A program made the translations under genes and the position numbers. Source: Octopus vulgaris (lineage: Eukaryota). From it: a stretch of 64,000 nt of DNA. This document shows, piece by piece, positions 41,585 to 57,430 of the stretch. The stretch lies in the NCBI GenBank assembly GCA_951406725.2, contig OX597818.1, positions 31,558,001 through 31,622,000 of the forward strand, in the 5' to 3' direction. The first letter of the stretch is position 1. Every line of letters begins with the position of its first letter. The notes beneath the pieces are model-generated. The model ran no database searches, had not been told where the DNA came from, and worked only from the letters and a program-made list of their open reading frames with translations.

Positions 41585-41862
41585 CACGGCCTAGTGGTTG
41601 TGTTGCACTCATAATCGCGAGATCGTAGTTTCAAATACTAGACCGGGCGGTGCGTGGTATTCTTGAGCAAAATATTTTATCACATATCGTTCTGCGATCA
41701 GTTCGACACCTGACGTGTGTTGCACTCTGTAATTGTTTAGGCAACGTCGATTTGATGGAAGGAGTGAGATAATGTACGACACATACATTTGATCACTATA
41801 CACAAATCATTTGTGCAGGTCGCTCGGTAAAAGCTGAACGCTCATATGGCATAGTAACGGGC
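41585..41862 (+). mobile_element. Diverged tRNA-derived SINE with a head related to family C
   Basis: ggcctagtggtt...gatcgtagtttcaaatactagaccgggcg aligns with 3129-3193; the body differs. Confidence 0.55.
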
Positions 41863-42129
41863 TCTCGTAATACTTTATCCTTCAAGAAATGCAAATTTAC
41901 TAAACATAAAGGGGTACAAAGTAAAGGAAAATACACACACACACACACATACATGACATTTTCTATCCAGTAAATTTTATCACGATATTTCACGGACAAG
42001 GATCGAATCCCTTAGGAGTGATTACAAAACAAACTTCTTAAACACACCACCAACTCTATCCCTTTATGATACAAAAATATATTACAAAAAATATTTAGTA
42101 ACTAAATAAAAAAAACAATGAAGAAAGCA

Positions 42130-42770
42130 GCGAACGTATTAAACTAGAAACCGGTGAATGAGAGGATGTAGCAGAGTTTACGTATTTAGGTAGTAAGATA
42201 ACGTTTTCAGGCAGCACCGACGAAGATATTAAGAAGAGAATAAGTAAGGCAAGGACCGCTTTTCACCTGCTAAAGAAAGTATGGAGTGCAAAGTGTAATT
42301 TCAATAAAGAACAAAATAAGAATTTTTAATACTAACGTAAAAGCGGTGTTATTGTATGGGGCTGAGACATGGCGAACGACAGTTAAGTCAAATAAGCAAA
42401 TACAATCATTCATCAACAGATGCTTGCGTAGTATACGTAAAATTAGATGGCCCGAACACATAAACAATATGGAGCTATGGCAAAGAACAAATCAAGTTTC
42501 GATTAGGGAGCAAATATTTAAGAAAAAGTGGAAGTGGATTGGTAGCACAATTAGAAAAGACACACCAAATGTAGCGAAAAGTGCTTTACAGTGGAATCCA
42601 GATGGATACAGAAGGAGAGGTTGGCCTAAGATGACGTGGTGGAGATCAAAACAAAAGGAACTAGAGAAAGGGGGACATTCATGGCAGAGTATAAGTACAG
42701 AAGCGAAAAATTATGCGACATGGAACTCAGTTATAAGTGGCCTATACTCCGCGTTGGAGGGTTAAAGGCA
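42130..42770 (+). mobile_element. 5'-truncated RTE-clade LINE, RT C-terminus
   Basis: EFTYLGSKIT..GSTDEDIKKRISKARTAF / KIRIFNTNVKAVLLYGAETW...RCLRSIRKIRWP...KWKWIG...ALQWNPDGYRRRGWPKMTW; one frameshift. Confidence 0.9.
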
Positions 42771-43571
42771 GAAAAAAAATTTTTAATTCCGAAGAACAAA
42801 ACTTGTTGCCTTGCAGGAGTGATAGAAATTGCAAATCGCTGGACAGATGCTAGAGTGCCTGTGATTACTGATTATCTTTTGATTGTGAGTTGTTACCTCC
42901 CTTTGGCTGAATTTTCGTTTCCTTCTGTAAGAGAATCCTGAAAGTACGGGGATCAAAGCATACGACTACATACAATGCATTATAAAATTGAGTCTTAATG
43001 TTTAACAGGATATACAAGATTAGATTAAATAAACTTAGCAAACAAAGGTGAAAGCTACGTTTAATAATTTACGATAAAATCAGTGAAGATGAGAAAGATA
43101 AATTGAATCCTGACTAGAATAAGGAAAACGGAGAGCGTAGTTGTTGAACAATTGTAAAGATATTGGAGGCTTATTGACGGACAGAAGTTGGCAGAATTAG
43201 ATAAAATGGATTTGAACAGCAAAAAACAAATTACTTATAGAAGCAGTAAATCCAATATTTAGTGATTGAATAACGAAATAGGAGAAACTTAGTGGTAATT
43301 GTTGAATTAAAATGGTTATAGTGAAAAGCAGAAATTTTGAAAGGAGTCAATACAGCGCGGAAAAAGAGAAAACTGTGAAACACACGCACGAACGCACACA
43401 TATGTATATACATATATATATATAGAGATTAATGTACGTACGTACATACATACGACACAAACAAACCCACACGCACACTCTCTCTTACACACTCACACGT
43501 ACAAATATATCAATAAAAGTGATTTGCTGGCTGGTTGTTTACATATTTTCGTGGAGCGGCATAAGTGAATA

Positions 43572-43808
43572 ATTGGCTGCGAGCTGGCAGAATCGTTAAC
43601 ACGTCGGGCGAAATGTTTAGCGGTATTTCGGCTGCCGTTACGTTGTGAGTTCAAATTCTGCCGAGGTCGACTTTGCCTTTCATCCTTTCGGGGTCGATAA
43701 ATTAAGTACCAGTTAAGCACTGGGGTCGATATAATCGACTTAATACCTATGTCTGTCCATGTTTTTCCTCTCTATATTTAGCCCCTTGTGGGTAATAAAG
43801 AAATAGGT
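43572..43808 (+). mobile_element. SINE family A, full copy with 11-bp TSD
   Basis: ataagtgaata at 43561-43571 and 43809-43819 flank the element. Confidence 0.9.
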
Positions 43809-44481
43809 ATAAGTGAATATGTGAAAACTAATCAAATTTTTTTTCAAAAATTTCCATAATGGCTTGATCTGGTATGTTTGTACAATTAATTGTTTTTAGA
43901 TTTATTTAATACATATATATCTTATATATCGATAGACAAGCTGTTACCGCAGGTTTTTACTATGTCAGTATAGAACTATGAAAGGGCAATTCATTTACAA
44001 TTTCGCTATTGTTGTTAATCTAAATGGGGCAGAAAGAGACGGAATAACAAAGGGAAAACAAATTGCTGGATGCATTTATATTCCAAGGGATAGTCAGAAA
44101 GACACAGAGGAAAGTAAAATGCCGTTGGTTTTACTCAATATTTCTTTTTCTGATAAGGCCAAAGTAGCACACAAAGTTTAAAGTGTCATGGTACGAGAAT
44201 TATTTAGTGTTTAACCTTTTTCTTAATATCAGGCATTTTTTGGGTGTTTTGTGTGTTCCCTAAAAGCGAAATGGATGGTGATCCACATAATATTCTCTTG
44301 TAGATTTGTAACAGTTTGAAAGAAACTTCAAGTGATTGTTTTGGCTTTAAGAGATGAAGAAATACGAATTGAGTAAGTTCAGCTGCCTCTGTCCCTAAAA
44401 TTATATATGATTTTTCCACTTCGATTTGTTTATTAATTTGTCATTATCCATGTGATGTAAAATAAAGACCACAATATGAAT

Positions 44482-44711
44482 ATTCAGCCAAAGGGAGGTA
44501 ACAACTACAATCAAAAGATGATCAGTAATCGCAGGTACTCTAGCATCTGTCCAGCGATTTGCAATTTCTATCACTCCGGCAAGGCAACAAGTTTTGTTCT
44601 TCGGAATTAAAAAAAAAATTTCTGTCCTTAACCCTCCAACGCGGAGTATAGGCCACTTATAATTGAGTTCCATGTCGCATAATTTTTCGCTTCTGTACTT
44701 ATACTCTGCCA
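44482..44711 (-). repeat. Inverted duplicate of 42682-42912 (RTE 3' end plus downstream sequence)
   Basis: Reverse complement is highly similar over ~230 bp (tggcagagtataagtacagaagcg...gttacctccctttggctgaat). Confidence 0.9.
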
Positions 44712-45423
44712 GTTGTAAATATCTTATAAATAACGAAATGAAGTGATTATCTGTTACTCAGTACTGATGAAGCACAAATATGTATAAACAGTCTGTTTAT
44801 TGATGTAGATATAGAATAAATAAGAAACATTAAATGAATTTTAATTTGAGGGCATAATTTGAGGGCTCGACTCATTCAGATAAAGAAGAAATGTTTTTTT
44901 CATTTCATTACTTCATTCTCTCCCTCACAGGAATAACCCAATCAACAAATGGATTCTTTAACACTTAAAGCTGTGATCTGCAAGAGAATATTATATATGC
45001 ATGTACCCAGCTCGTCTTTAGACAATACTGTATGAACAGATAGATTTAAATATCTTGTTTTTATATTTTTGTTCGAGACGAAGATCTCTGCAGTACAGTA
45101 AGAGCAATAAAACAAACCACTGTTTGTGTACCACGAAATATTACTTTGTTTACGACTGCAATAATAACCTGTTGAAGATAAGGAGTTGCAATAGATAAAA
45201 CAGATATTCTGTTGCAATAAATAAAACGAATATTGTAATGTGTTATATCTTCAATCAGCTGTAAAGATACTAAACTTAACGTTGCTTTCAGGCAGGTGTC
45301 TCAGTACAAAGTATATTTAAACACTGAATACTTATGGAAAGGGTTACTGCACTCAATTTTATAAACTAGGTATTAGACAAAACAACACACACCCACACAC
45401 ACACGCAGACGCTTCACTCTTAC

Positions 45424-45477
<54 letters not shown>

Positions 45478-45481
45478 TACA

Positions 45482-45576
<95 letters not shown>

Positions 45577-45924
45577 CATACATAAATACATACATACATA
45601 CATATGTGTGTATGTTTGTTTGTGGAGGAGGATGCATGAAGGAGGATGTAGTGAAAGAGAAAGCTAGAATGAAAAGAGAAAGAGAGTAAGCGAGAGAGAG
45701 AGAGAGAGAGAGAGAGAGGAAGCGAGAGAGAGAGAGATAACGAAAGTGTGCGAGAGTGAGAGTGAGCGAGCGACTGACCGAGAAAAAGAGAGAGGGAAAG
45801 AGAGATAGTTGTGGAAAAGAGAATTAGAAAAGAAAATATTTTCATGATATAAATTTAGTATTTAGGTTTTGCTGAAATTTCGCACATATTGCACCACCCC
45901 CACACGTACATATAAACATACACA

Positions 45925-46002
<78 letters not shown>

Positions 46003-46045
46003 TTTATACATATGTATATATATATATTGTTATATTTCGGAATGG

Positions 46046-46102
<57 letters not shown>

Positions 46103-46267
46103 TAGTGTACATTTAAACACAAAAAGAGGGGACTCTTAACAGGCCGCCTTATATGCTAGAAGGAGCAGTCAAAACGTCCAAAACCACATTTAAGACAATT
46201 TCCATTTTTACCATTTTTACCAAACTTTTACCATGTTTTTTACAGCCAGACCTAGGTTTCGAACTTT

Positions 46268-46396
46268 AAACGTTAAACCCTCCTTCCCTTCTTTCCTGAG
46301 CGTCAATAATACTTTAATTGTTCCACGTCCTGCGTTGCTGTGTTTTTTTTCTCTTTTTTTCTCTTTTTTTCTGTGTTTTCTTCTTTGGATTAACTA
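46268..46396 (+). mobile_element. Second copy of the putative Penelope-like pLTR remnant
   Basis: aaacgttaaaccctccttcc...ttcctgagcgtcaataatacttta matches 818-907; ends in (TA)n. Confidence 0.45.
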
Positions 46397-46426
46397 TATA
46401 TATATATATATATGTATACACACACA

Positions 46427-46489
<63 letters not shown>

Positions 46490-46769
46490 GTATATATATA
46501 TATACATATGTACACACACACACATAAATATATACATACACACACGCACTCACACACACAAACATTCATAAGTACGTACATTCACGTGGACGTGTATGTA
46601 AATATGAACACAATTTTCATTTACGTCACATCTCATTAAATCATGCATAATTAAGGAAATATGTTCGGCTTCTTCTTATTTATGGTACCTTGTGATGTCT
46701 CTTTGACAAGCAGAAAAGTATAAAATACATTAGAAAACAAAAAGACATGCGGAAAATTAAGCTACGACT

Positions 46770-46831
<62 letters not shown>

Positions 46832-47305
46832 GTAAATCTTTTTATCTGATTAAATTTTGAATCAGTCGGTTTGTTGGAGAATTCTTGCAAAATGTGATGT
46901 TTGTTTTATACAAATGATATTAGGCTTAAACACGAACCCGCTAGGTTTCACACAGTATTTACAGAAATGTTCATAATATAATGGCACCTGATAAACGTGG
47001 ATAAATGAATTTAAACGTATACACGTTCGCACTTATACGCTCACACGTTTATAAACATGTGAACATACAAAGGCATGTGAGCAGACATTTTTTTTTTACC
47101 TAACATATGTGCCTGCTTGCCTACCTACCTGCCTACGTACATACGTTCGTAGGTACGTACGTACGTACGTACCTACCTACCTATCTAATTATCTACCTAC
47201 CTACCAACCTAAATAACAACCACACACATATATATATGTGAACGAGTGTGCACGTGTGTGTGTACATACGGACAAGCTATATGCGTATATACATATATAT
47301 ATATA

Positions 47306-47340
<35 letters not shown>

Positions 47341-47500
47341 GGGGTTGACGGAGGGATTAAAATACATATATATCTAGAAATGTATGAAGTACACTATACA
47401 ATTATATGATATATAAAGTGTAACCGTCTGTCTGTCTATCTATCTATACATATTCTGTAGTATACACAAATACACACATGTGGTATATATGCATGCATTA

Positions 47501-47616
<116 letters not shown>

Positions 47617-47743
47617 GTCTGTCTGTCTGTATATATATATTCTGCAGCACACACAAATACACACATATGGTGTATATGCATGCATTAATACCCTTTTTAA
47701 GCCTGCCTGTGAGAAAGCAGACAATGTAGTTACATCCAGTAAA

Positions 47744-47782
<39 letters not shown>

Positions 47783-48212
47783 GCTGGTAAAGAAATTCGA
47801 TGAGGCTAGTTTCGACATTTATAATCACTTCATCAGAAATTGTCGACACTTCGTCGCCAACGAAGATAATAGCTTATAATTATTCATAATATATATAAGT
47901 ATGAGTGAAACCAAGGTAATGCATAATAAAATTGCTTTTAAATAATTAATAATTGAATTATTCATTTACATTAAAGTGATTTTTATCAATTAGTACTTAG
48001 AATCACATTACTTGATAGAGCTAGCGAAAATGTCAGATTCGAAAATATGTTATTGAGCTAAGTATCGTCATTTTGTGATGTAGAGTGTAGTTTTCTGTCT
48101 GTGAGAGATTGATCAGAGTTGATTCAGATAAAACATGTCCAAGTATATTCGTATAGCAGTAAGTGTAAACAGTGTGAATTTGCTAAAAGTTCAGGCTCAT
48201 AATTTTCCCCCT

Positions 48213-48320
48213 TACACTAATCCTTCGCCATATCGCGGTTCACTTATCGCGGTTTATTATTTACGCTTACGCCGATTCCTTCGTGGTGTTGTTTTGCATT
48301 TATAATAAAATAAATATTTT
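48213..48320 (+). mobile_element. Possible pogo/Tigger-like MITE left end
   Basis: TA followed by cactaatccttcgccatatcgcggttcacttatcgcggtt, Tigger-like terminus with repeated atcgcggtt; no right end found. Confidence 0.4.
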
Positions 48321-49569
48321 TGTACATCAGTTGCAAATCTAAGTATTGTCTTTTCCTCAGAGGGGTCATAAACCAGATCTGCATTAAGATCTTTAAAGCA
48401 TCTTTTTTTTAAAAATGAACTTTAAAAAATGCATTTGTACTCCAACAATTTTTTCATTGTTTGATGCTGAGGATTCCAGCGAATTAATATATTTCGAAGT
48501 AGCCTTTGTATAGATATATGATGTGAAATGTAAACGTAGCCACGTCGTTGTCGCTTGACATATGAGAAACAACAACAACAACAACTGCTGCAGCAACAGC
48601 ATCATTCTTTGTGCATTATATGCATAGTTTCAATGTTTCCTCTCAATCGAATTGAATTCATAGAAAATTGTTTTTTTGATGCTCATAACATAAACGTTTG
48701 CATCAGTCGCAAATCTAAGTATTGTCTTTTCATCAAAAGAGTCAAAAACCAGATCTGCATTAAGATGTGATTCTCCTTAAAACCTCTTTCTTAAAAATGA
48801 ACCTTAAAAGTGTATATCATGAAAAATACTCACTTTCTCGAGCAGATTTGGTGCTTTTTAATGTAGTGAACAGTTTCTATTTATAAACGTTTTGACATAT
48901 CAGAATCATTTCTCTTTCTTCAATAAAGATGTTCAAAGAGTGTCATATAAAATTTTTAATACTTTGCTGTCTGCCTCCATCAGAGAAACCTGAATGAATA
49001 ACCGAATCTAAATATAGTGAGATTTCAGTGTTTATATATGAAATGATTACAATCCATTGTTTGGTATTGTCGTAAATACCTATTCGCTCCTTTTCCTATT
49101 TCACAGTTATGTAAATATGAATATTTTGTTAAAATATAATTTTATATTTTGCCCTTCCTTTCATATCATATAAAAATTACAAGAAAGACGACACTGAAAA
49201 CCATTGTTATTCTCTTATGATTGTCTGGTTAGTTTATCAATGCTTTTGTTTAAGGAATAACAAATTTAATTAATACAATGTCTCTATTTTAGTCTTGACA
49301 CAGTATTACATTACTATGCTTGTTTAGTTATCATCCACTCGTTCTAGAATTGTGTAGTTAGGCATCATGCAGATTAAAAGTTAATATCTAAGCTCACGGA
49401 TGGAGTGTCAAAGTATTCTCTCGACCTGATACTAATTGAATTTTTTTCCATAAGAAAAGTATATATTAGATAATGAGGTCCTTCTATTATCTGTAAAAAT
49501 GGAATTTGACCATGACTATAATACGCATGATCATAGGTTTATTTTTATTTTCATATGGTGTTGTCATGT

Positions 49570-51085
<1,516 letters not shown>

Positions 51086-51086
51086 A

Positions 51087-51120
<34 letters not shown>

Positions 51121-51599
51121 AGACACAAACAAACAAATAAATTAATAACTAACCATGAATACGCGTCACTGCGTTACATCTGTTACCAACAGATTTATTC
51201 GACTAAAGGTGCTGTCTATGTGTGTGCGTATATGGTAACTACGATAAAAACAACGTGGGCGCGCAGTCAAATCTCACATTTCTGTAATTTAGCAAATGCT
51301 TTCCTGAGTTATCTCTTCGACTTTTAGCAAAGCTGTGTAATTTCTACTTCAGATGTCTTTAATCGAATTTGCTTCTTTTGGTCATCTGATCTTCTGGCAG
51401 ATAAATGTAAAGGAAATACTACAAAAGAATGGAATCAATTTGAACTTTTTTATCAGGTACATTCATATATATATATATGCCTATATATATACATATGTAT
51501 TTATATATATATATGTATGTATTTATATATGAACATATATATACATGTATATATATGTATATATATTTGTATATATATATGTATATATATCTGTATATG

Positions 51600-51717
<118 letters not shown>

Positions 51718-52769
51718 CACGCACTTCAGAAGTGAGATCATTAGTCTTTACCAGAATAACACAACCTGTTTCTGTGCCAGGTTCACAATGTTCTTCATAT
51801 CCGGAAAAGAAAAATCATTTTTAAACACATACGCCTGTACTTACATACGCACACAAACACACACAAACACACACTCACTCACACACGTAGACACACACAC
51901 ACACACTTACACACACATCTTAATATCTTTGGTGTGAACAGTATCGAAGTAAAGAGAGATAGATATCGAAACGCCGCGAGGTGAGATGACCAAGATAAGT
52001 GCTTAAAATGACACTATCATCAAGTTATTTGATATAAAGGTTAAAACAAAAATGGCCACCAACTACGGCAAACATTATTGAGATGTCTGGAGGTGTTGAT
52101 GTGTGTTGCAACTTCAAAACAAGATGGTCAGAATCGTAGTTATACTAACAACGTTATTTATAGAATCGACTGGTATGTTTATATATAGACATGGCTGTGT
52201 GGTTAAGAAGCTTGTTTTGAAACTGCATGAATTCGGGTTCAATCTCACAGTGCGTCATACTGAACAAGAGTCTTCTAATATAGCCACGAGCCGATCAATT
52301 TCCTGTCAATGAATTTGGTTACACGTAGATTAGATTTAGTGAGTTATCTTCACAATCTATTGAAAACTACCTTTTCCTAGGAAAACGCCCCTACTCACAC
52401 CCAGACACAGTGACACATATATAATCGTGCACAAAACACACTTACGTTCGTATAAGCTCACGGAATGTGACACTCTCTATTTATATCCTTAACTATGTAT
52501 ATCCTTGTGCTATTCTGTAACATTTGTATATAAGGAAAATAATATGTCATATGCCATTATCATGTAAAATTGGAATAAATGTTCCTCTCTGGAAAATCTT
52601 TTTGCAAAGAATGCTCTTTTCTGTATTCGATCGTCAAACTTTTGATCCGGCATTTTAAACTTGAATGGAATATCGACGCTGTTTATTTATTTGGAATAGC
52701 TGCCTACTTTCCTCAAATCACACTACATATATATAACCAGGCATATTCCTCATGTTTTCTTAGGAGGGG

Positions 52770-53244
52770 GTAGCCACAACAAGACACACACCAGGCATTC
52801 CATTCCTTTCTCAGGGGCGTACCCCGTTCTATGCTCGGGTCAAGGGATAGAACGCGACCCCCAATATCAGCTTCGGGGCCCGACAGCATATGCTGGTTTA
52901 CCCCACCGCATCATGCTGGTTCCATACCCCTTTGAGCAACGTCAAAATTCACTCATCTGCCCATGAACACTTTCCAAGCTTTCCTATCATTTATAAACTC
53001 TCTTGTCTCTCTCACTCTAACACCTCTAACCACCAAAGCTTTTCTCACTCAATCCATCCATCCACACAAACCGTGGTCTGCCCCTGGTTCTGCTGCTTAT
53101 CACTTCTGCCTTCATCGCTCTCCCTACCATCCGCTCCTCATCCATCCTCTCCATGTGACCAAACCTTCTCAACATTCATCTATCCAATTTGGTTTTTAGC
53201 TTTTTTTCTCATTCCTGCTCGTCTTTGCACCTCCTCATTCCTCA
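52770..53244 (-). mobile_element. RTE (BovB-like) LINE 3' end plus UTR, decayed
   Basis: Minus strand: RNEEVQRRAG...MLRRFGHMERMDEERMVGRAM...RTRGRPRFVWMDG...NDRKAWK. Confidence 0.8.
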
Positions 53245-54654
53245 GGTCTAATCTGGCTGGAGTGGTAGTGCCTGTAAACGTCCCAGATATGGGTTAACTA
53301 GCAAATCCCCTGCAATTGGGGACGGGGGTGAGATTGGTAGAATGTATTAGCCATATTCCTTGCGTAGCGCAAAAGGTGACGAAAAGGGGCTGGAGCGAGG
53401 GGACTGGGAGTCCTCTCCTCTTAGTAAATCCATATTTCTAAAAAAAAACCCAGCAAATCACACTATACCACCTTAAAACATCAATGACGTGGTATAACGC
53501 AAAATTAGGTTGTTACACAATCATTCATGATTGTAAAACTTTTAATCTTGTGTCTGCTCTATCACAATTGATCTGGGGCTACAAGCTAAAAAAACAAAAA
53601 TGCAAATAAAGTCAAAAGCCATATATCTAGAAGCTTTGGTTTCAGTCTTGCATAACTTTCATCACCTATATAGTTTGTACACAGAAAATGCATCGCTGTT
53701 TCTGTGGAGCTCATACTAATTTTCTGTAGAAATTTCATATCTATATCAACTTTCTTCCCTTATATTTTTGGCGCTGCGACTGAGGACATAGAATCGAGAG
53801 ACGGGCAGGCAAATGAAAAGAGGGTGAGAGAGATAGAAAGAGAAAGAAGGGGGAGAGTATCGACAGGGAGAAACAAAAGAAATGAGAAAAATATACGAGA
53901 AAAAATAAAGCGAAAGGCAAAATATATTATTGCTAAGGTTTTGGACCCTATACACCGTATCATTTTTGCTTTTAATATTCGACGTCACATGTATAATTGT
54001 CTAAAGCAGTCAAGCTCTCTATGCTTTGGGACTTCCATTGATCATTAATATCACTTTGCTATATCAAGTCAGACGGAATATGAATGAAAAAATATTAAAA
54101 ACCGAAAAAAGAAAATACCAACATTCTGTCGAAAGGGTGAACGACGTGAATTTCTGTGAAAATTTCATATCTAAATCAACCTCATCAGAAATATATCTTT
54201 CCATTGTTTTTTCTTTTGTTTTTGTTGCTGCTACCGAGAGCATAAACTCGAGAGACAGGCAGGAAGTGGACGAAAAGGAGAGTATCGACAGGAAAGACAA
54301 AAAAATAACAAAAGAAAAATATACGAGAGAAAATAAAGCGAAAAGCGAAATAAAATAGAATAAAAGGAGGCAAAACAACGGTAATAAAAGAAATAATAAA
54401 ATAAAGAAATAGATCAACCAATATGGATGTCGTGTATTTTATTTTCCTGGTTTCATCTTTTCATAGTAATTTGTATTCTTCTCAAGGTGATAACTTATTA
54501 ATGTAGAAGTCACCATTTACCACAAATTCCCATCAAATTCCAAACTGTTAATGGGTTCTTGTTATTTCAGTTGCTTTGGGGATTGTTGGGTTTTGTGATA
54601 TTTTCCTAGCCTTTTGGCTGTCATTTTCGCTATTGTTGTTAATGCCATTGTTTC

Positions 54655-55870
54655 GGAGAATTGGCAGAATCGTTAACACGCTGGGTAAAATGTTTAACAG
54701 CATGTCTTAGGATTTGAGTTCAAATTCCGTCGAGGTTGCCTTCTGGTGTCGGTAATTTTTTTTTTACCAGTTGGACACTGGGCTCGATATAATCGAATAG
54801 CCCCCATTCCTTGAAATTTCTAGCCTTCTGCCAAAATCTGAAACCATTATTAGGCGGTGAGATGGCAGAATGGCTAGCACGCTGGGTAAAAGACTTAGCG
54901 GTATTCGTCCGTCTTAACGTTGTGACTTCAAATTCCGCCGAGGTCAGCTTTGCTTTCCATCCTTTCGGGGTCGATAAAAAAAGTAACAGTAGGACACTGG
55001 AATCCATATAATCGACTAGCTACTTTCCCGGAAATTGCTGGCCCTGTGGCAAAATTTGAAATCGTTATCATTATTTAACTGAAGGCGGCGAGCTGGCAGA
55101 ATCGTTAGCACGCCGGACGAAATGCGTAGCCGTATTTCGTCTGCCGTTACGTTCTGAGTTCAAATTCCGCCGAGGTTGACTTTGCCTTTCATCCTTTCGG
55201 GGGCGATTAAATAAGTACCAGTTATGCACTGGGGTCGATATAATCGACTTAATCCGTTTGTCTGTCCTTGTTTGTCCCCTCTGTGTTTAGCCCCTTGTGG
55301 GTAGTAAAGGAATAGGTACTTCGTCTGTCTTTACGTTAGTTCAAATTCTGTCGAGGTCAAATTTGCCTTTCATCCTTTCGGGGTCGCTAAATTATGTACC
55401 AGTTACGTGCCGGGGTCGAGCTAATCGACTGCTAATCGATTTCGGGTGTTGTGCGTAGAGTAGAAAAGAATATTCGAAGGCGGCGAGCTGGCAGAAACGT
55501 TAGCACGCCGGGCGAAATGCTTAGCGGTATTTCGTCTGTTTTTGCGTTCTGAGTTCAAATTCCGCCGAAGTCGACTTTGCCTTTTATCCTTTCGGAGTCG
55601 ATTAAATAAGTACCAGTTACGCACTGGAGTCGACTTAATCCGTTTGTCTGTCCTTGTTTGTCCTCTCCGTGTTTAGCCCTTTGTGAGTAGTAAAGAAATA
55701 GGTATTTCGTCTGTCTTTGCGTTCTGAGTTCATATTCCACCACCGAAATCGACTTTGCCTTTCATCCTTTCGGGGTCGATAAATTAAGTACCAGTTACGT
55801 ACTGGAGTCGATCTAATCTACTGGCACCCTTCCCCAAAATTTCGGGCCTTGTGTGTAGATTAGAAAAAAT
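54655..55870 (+). mobile_element. Cluster of about six SINE family A units, full and partial, with alternative tails
   Basis: Repeated ggcgagctggcagaa.cgttagcacgcc heads at ~54655, 54853, 55084, 55479, plus headless second units. Confidence 0.9.
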
Positions 55871-56149
55871 TGTTATTTAACTGATGTTAGCGTTCTGATT
55901 GTAGACTTAGATGTCGTCATCGAAGTTATATCATTATTTGTGATAACTTAAGTAATTTGATAATTTTGTCATAGCGTTGTGGCTGTTTATCGTTATGCTT
56001 AACGTTATTAGCATTGTTCTGGAAAGTTCTTTCTATTTCAGTATCTTGCTGTTGTAGTTCATACAAGCGTTTTCATTTTTGCCATTGTAAATGTTTGCTG
56101 TTATCACTCATGTTACGACATTTCCTCCTCTTCCTCCCACATCCCACTA

Positions 56150-56187
56150 TTAATAGTAATAGGTAGTAGTGGTAGTAGTAGTAGTAA

Positions 56188-56237
<50 letters not shown>

Positions 56238-56328
56238 TTGTAGCAATTACACTGGTGGAAGAAGTAGTAGTAGTGGTGATGGTTGGTCATGGTAGTACTT
56301 GTAGTAGAGCAACGGTAGGAAATGGTGA

Positions 56329-56381
<53 letters not shown>

Positions 56382-56486
56382 TAGCAATTGCATTGGTGGA
56401 AGAAGTAGTAGTAGTAGTAGTAGTGATGGTTGGTCATGGTAGTACTTGTAGTAGAGCCAATGTAGGAATGGTGATAGTAGTAGTAA

Positions 56487-56519
<33 letters not shown>

Positions 56520-56761
56520 CAGCAGTTGTAGTAGTAGTAGTGTTGTAGCAATTGCATTGATGTAAGAAGTAGTAGTAGTGGTGATGGTTGGTCATGGTAG
56601 TACTTGTAGTAGAGCCAATGTAGGAATGGTGATAGTAGTAGTAATAGTAGTAGTAGTAGTAGTAATAGTAGTGTTGTAGCAATTGCATTGGTGGAAGACG
56701 TAGTAGTAGTGGTCATGGTTGTAGTAGAGCCACAGTAGGAATGGTGATAGTAGTAGTAGTG

Positions 56762-56795
<34 letters not shown>

Positions 56796-56900
56796 CAGTA
56801 GTAGTAGTGTTGTAGCAATTGCATTGATGTAAGAAGTAGTAGTAGTAGTGGTGATGGTTGGTCATGGTAGTACTTGTAGTAGAGCCACTGTAATGGAATG

Positions 56901-56958
<58 letters not shown>

Positions 56959-56962
56959 TAGT
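56150..56962. repeat. Compound minisatellite: five ~135-165-bp units built on (GTA)n
   Basis: gtgt(t)gtagcaattgcatt....gaagtagtag...ggtcatggtagtacttgtagtagagcca....ggaatggtgatag recurs at about 56234, 56378, 56540, 56671, 56806. Confidence 0.9.
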
Positions 56963-57194
56963 ACGTGGAACTGATTTGTGAAAGTAGTAATTGTTGTTGT
57001 TGTTGCTCGTGTTTTTCATTTTCTGGTTATTTTATTGATTTAATATATTTGTGGCAAAATTGTCTTCGTCATCATTGGATCCACTGTTCTTGTGTTTGTT
57101 GTAATTATGATCGATTTTATCGAATGTTTTACACAGTTCCACATACACACAAACATACGCATGCACAGACACAAACCCACCCGCGTATCTATAC

Positions 57195-57386
57195 TCTCTT
57201 CACTTGTTTCAGTCATTTGACTGTGGCCATGCTGGAGCACCGTTTTTTAGTCGAGCACATCAACTCCAGGACTTATTCCTTGTAAGCCTAGTACTTATTC
57301 TATCGGTCTCTTTTGCCGAACCGCTAAGTTACGGGGGCGTAAACACACCAGCATTGGCTGTCAAGCGATGTTGGGGGACAAATATG

Positions 57387-57430
<44 letters not shown>

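Noticed and set aside
44942-45258. Cys-rich 91-aa minus-strand ORF downstream of a good acceptor
   Set aside because: Non-ATG start, no recognisable domain and no clear donor; at most a non-coding exon
56150-57019. 289-aa minus-strand ORF
   Set aside because: Translation of the (GTA)n compound minisatellite
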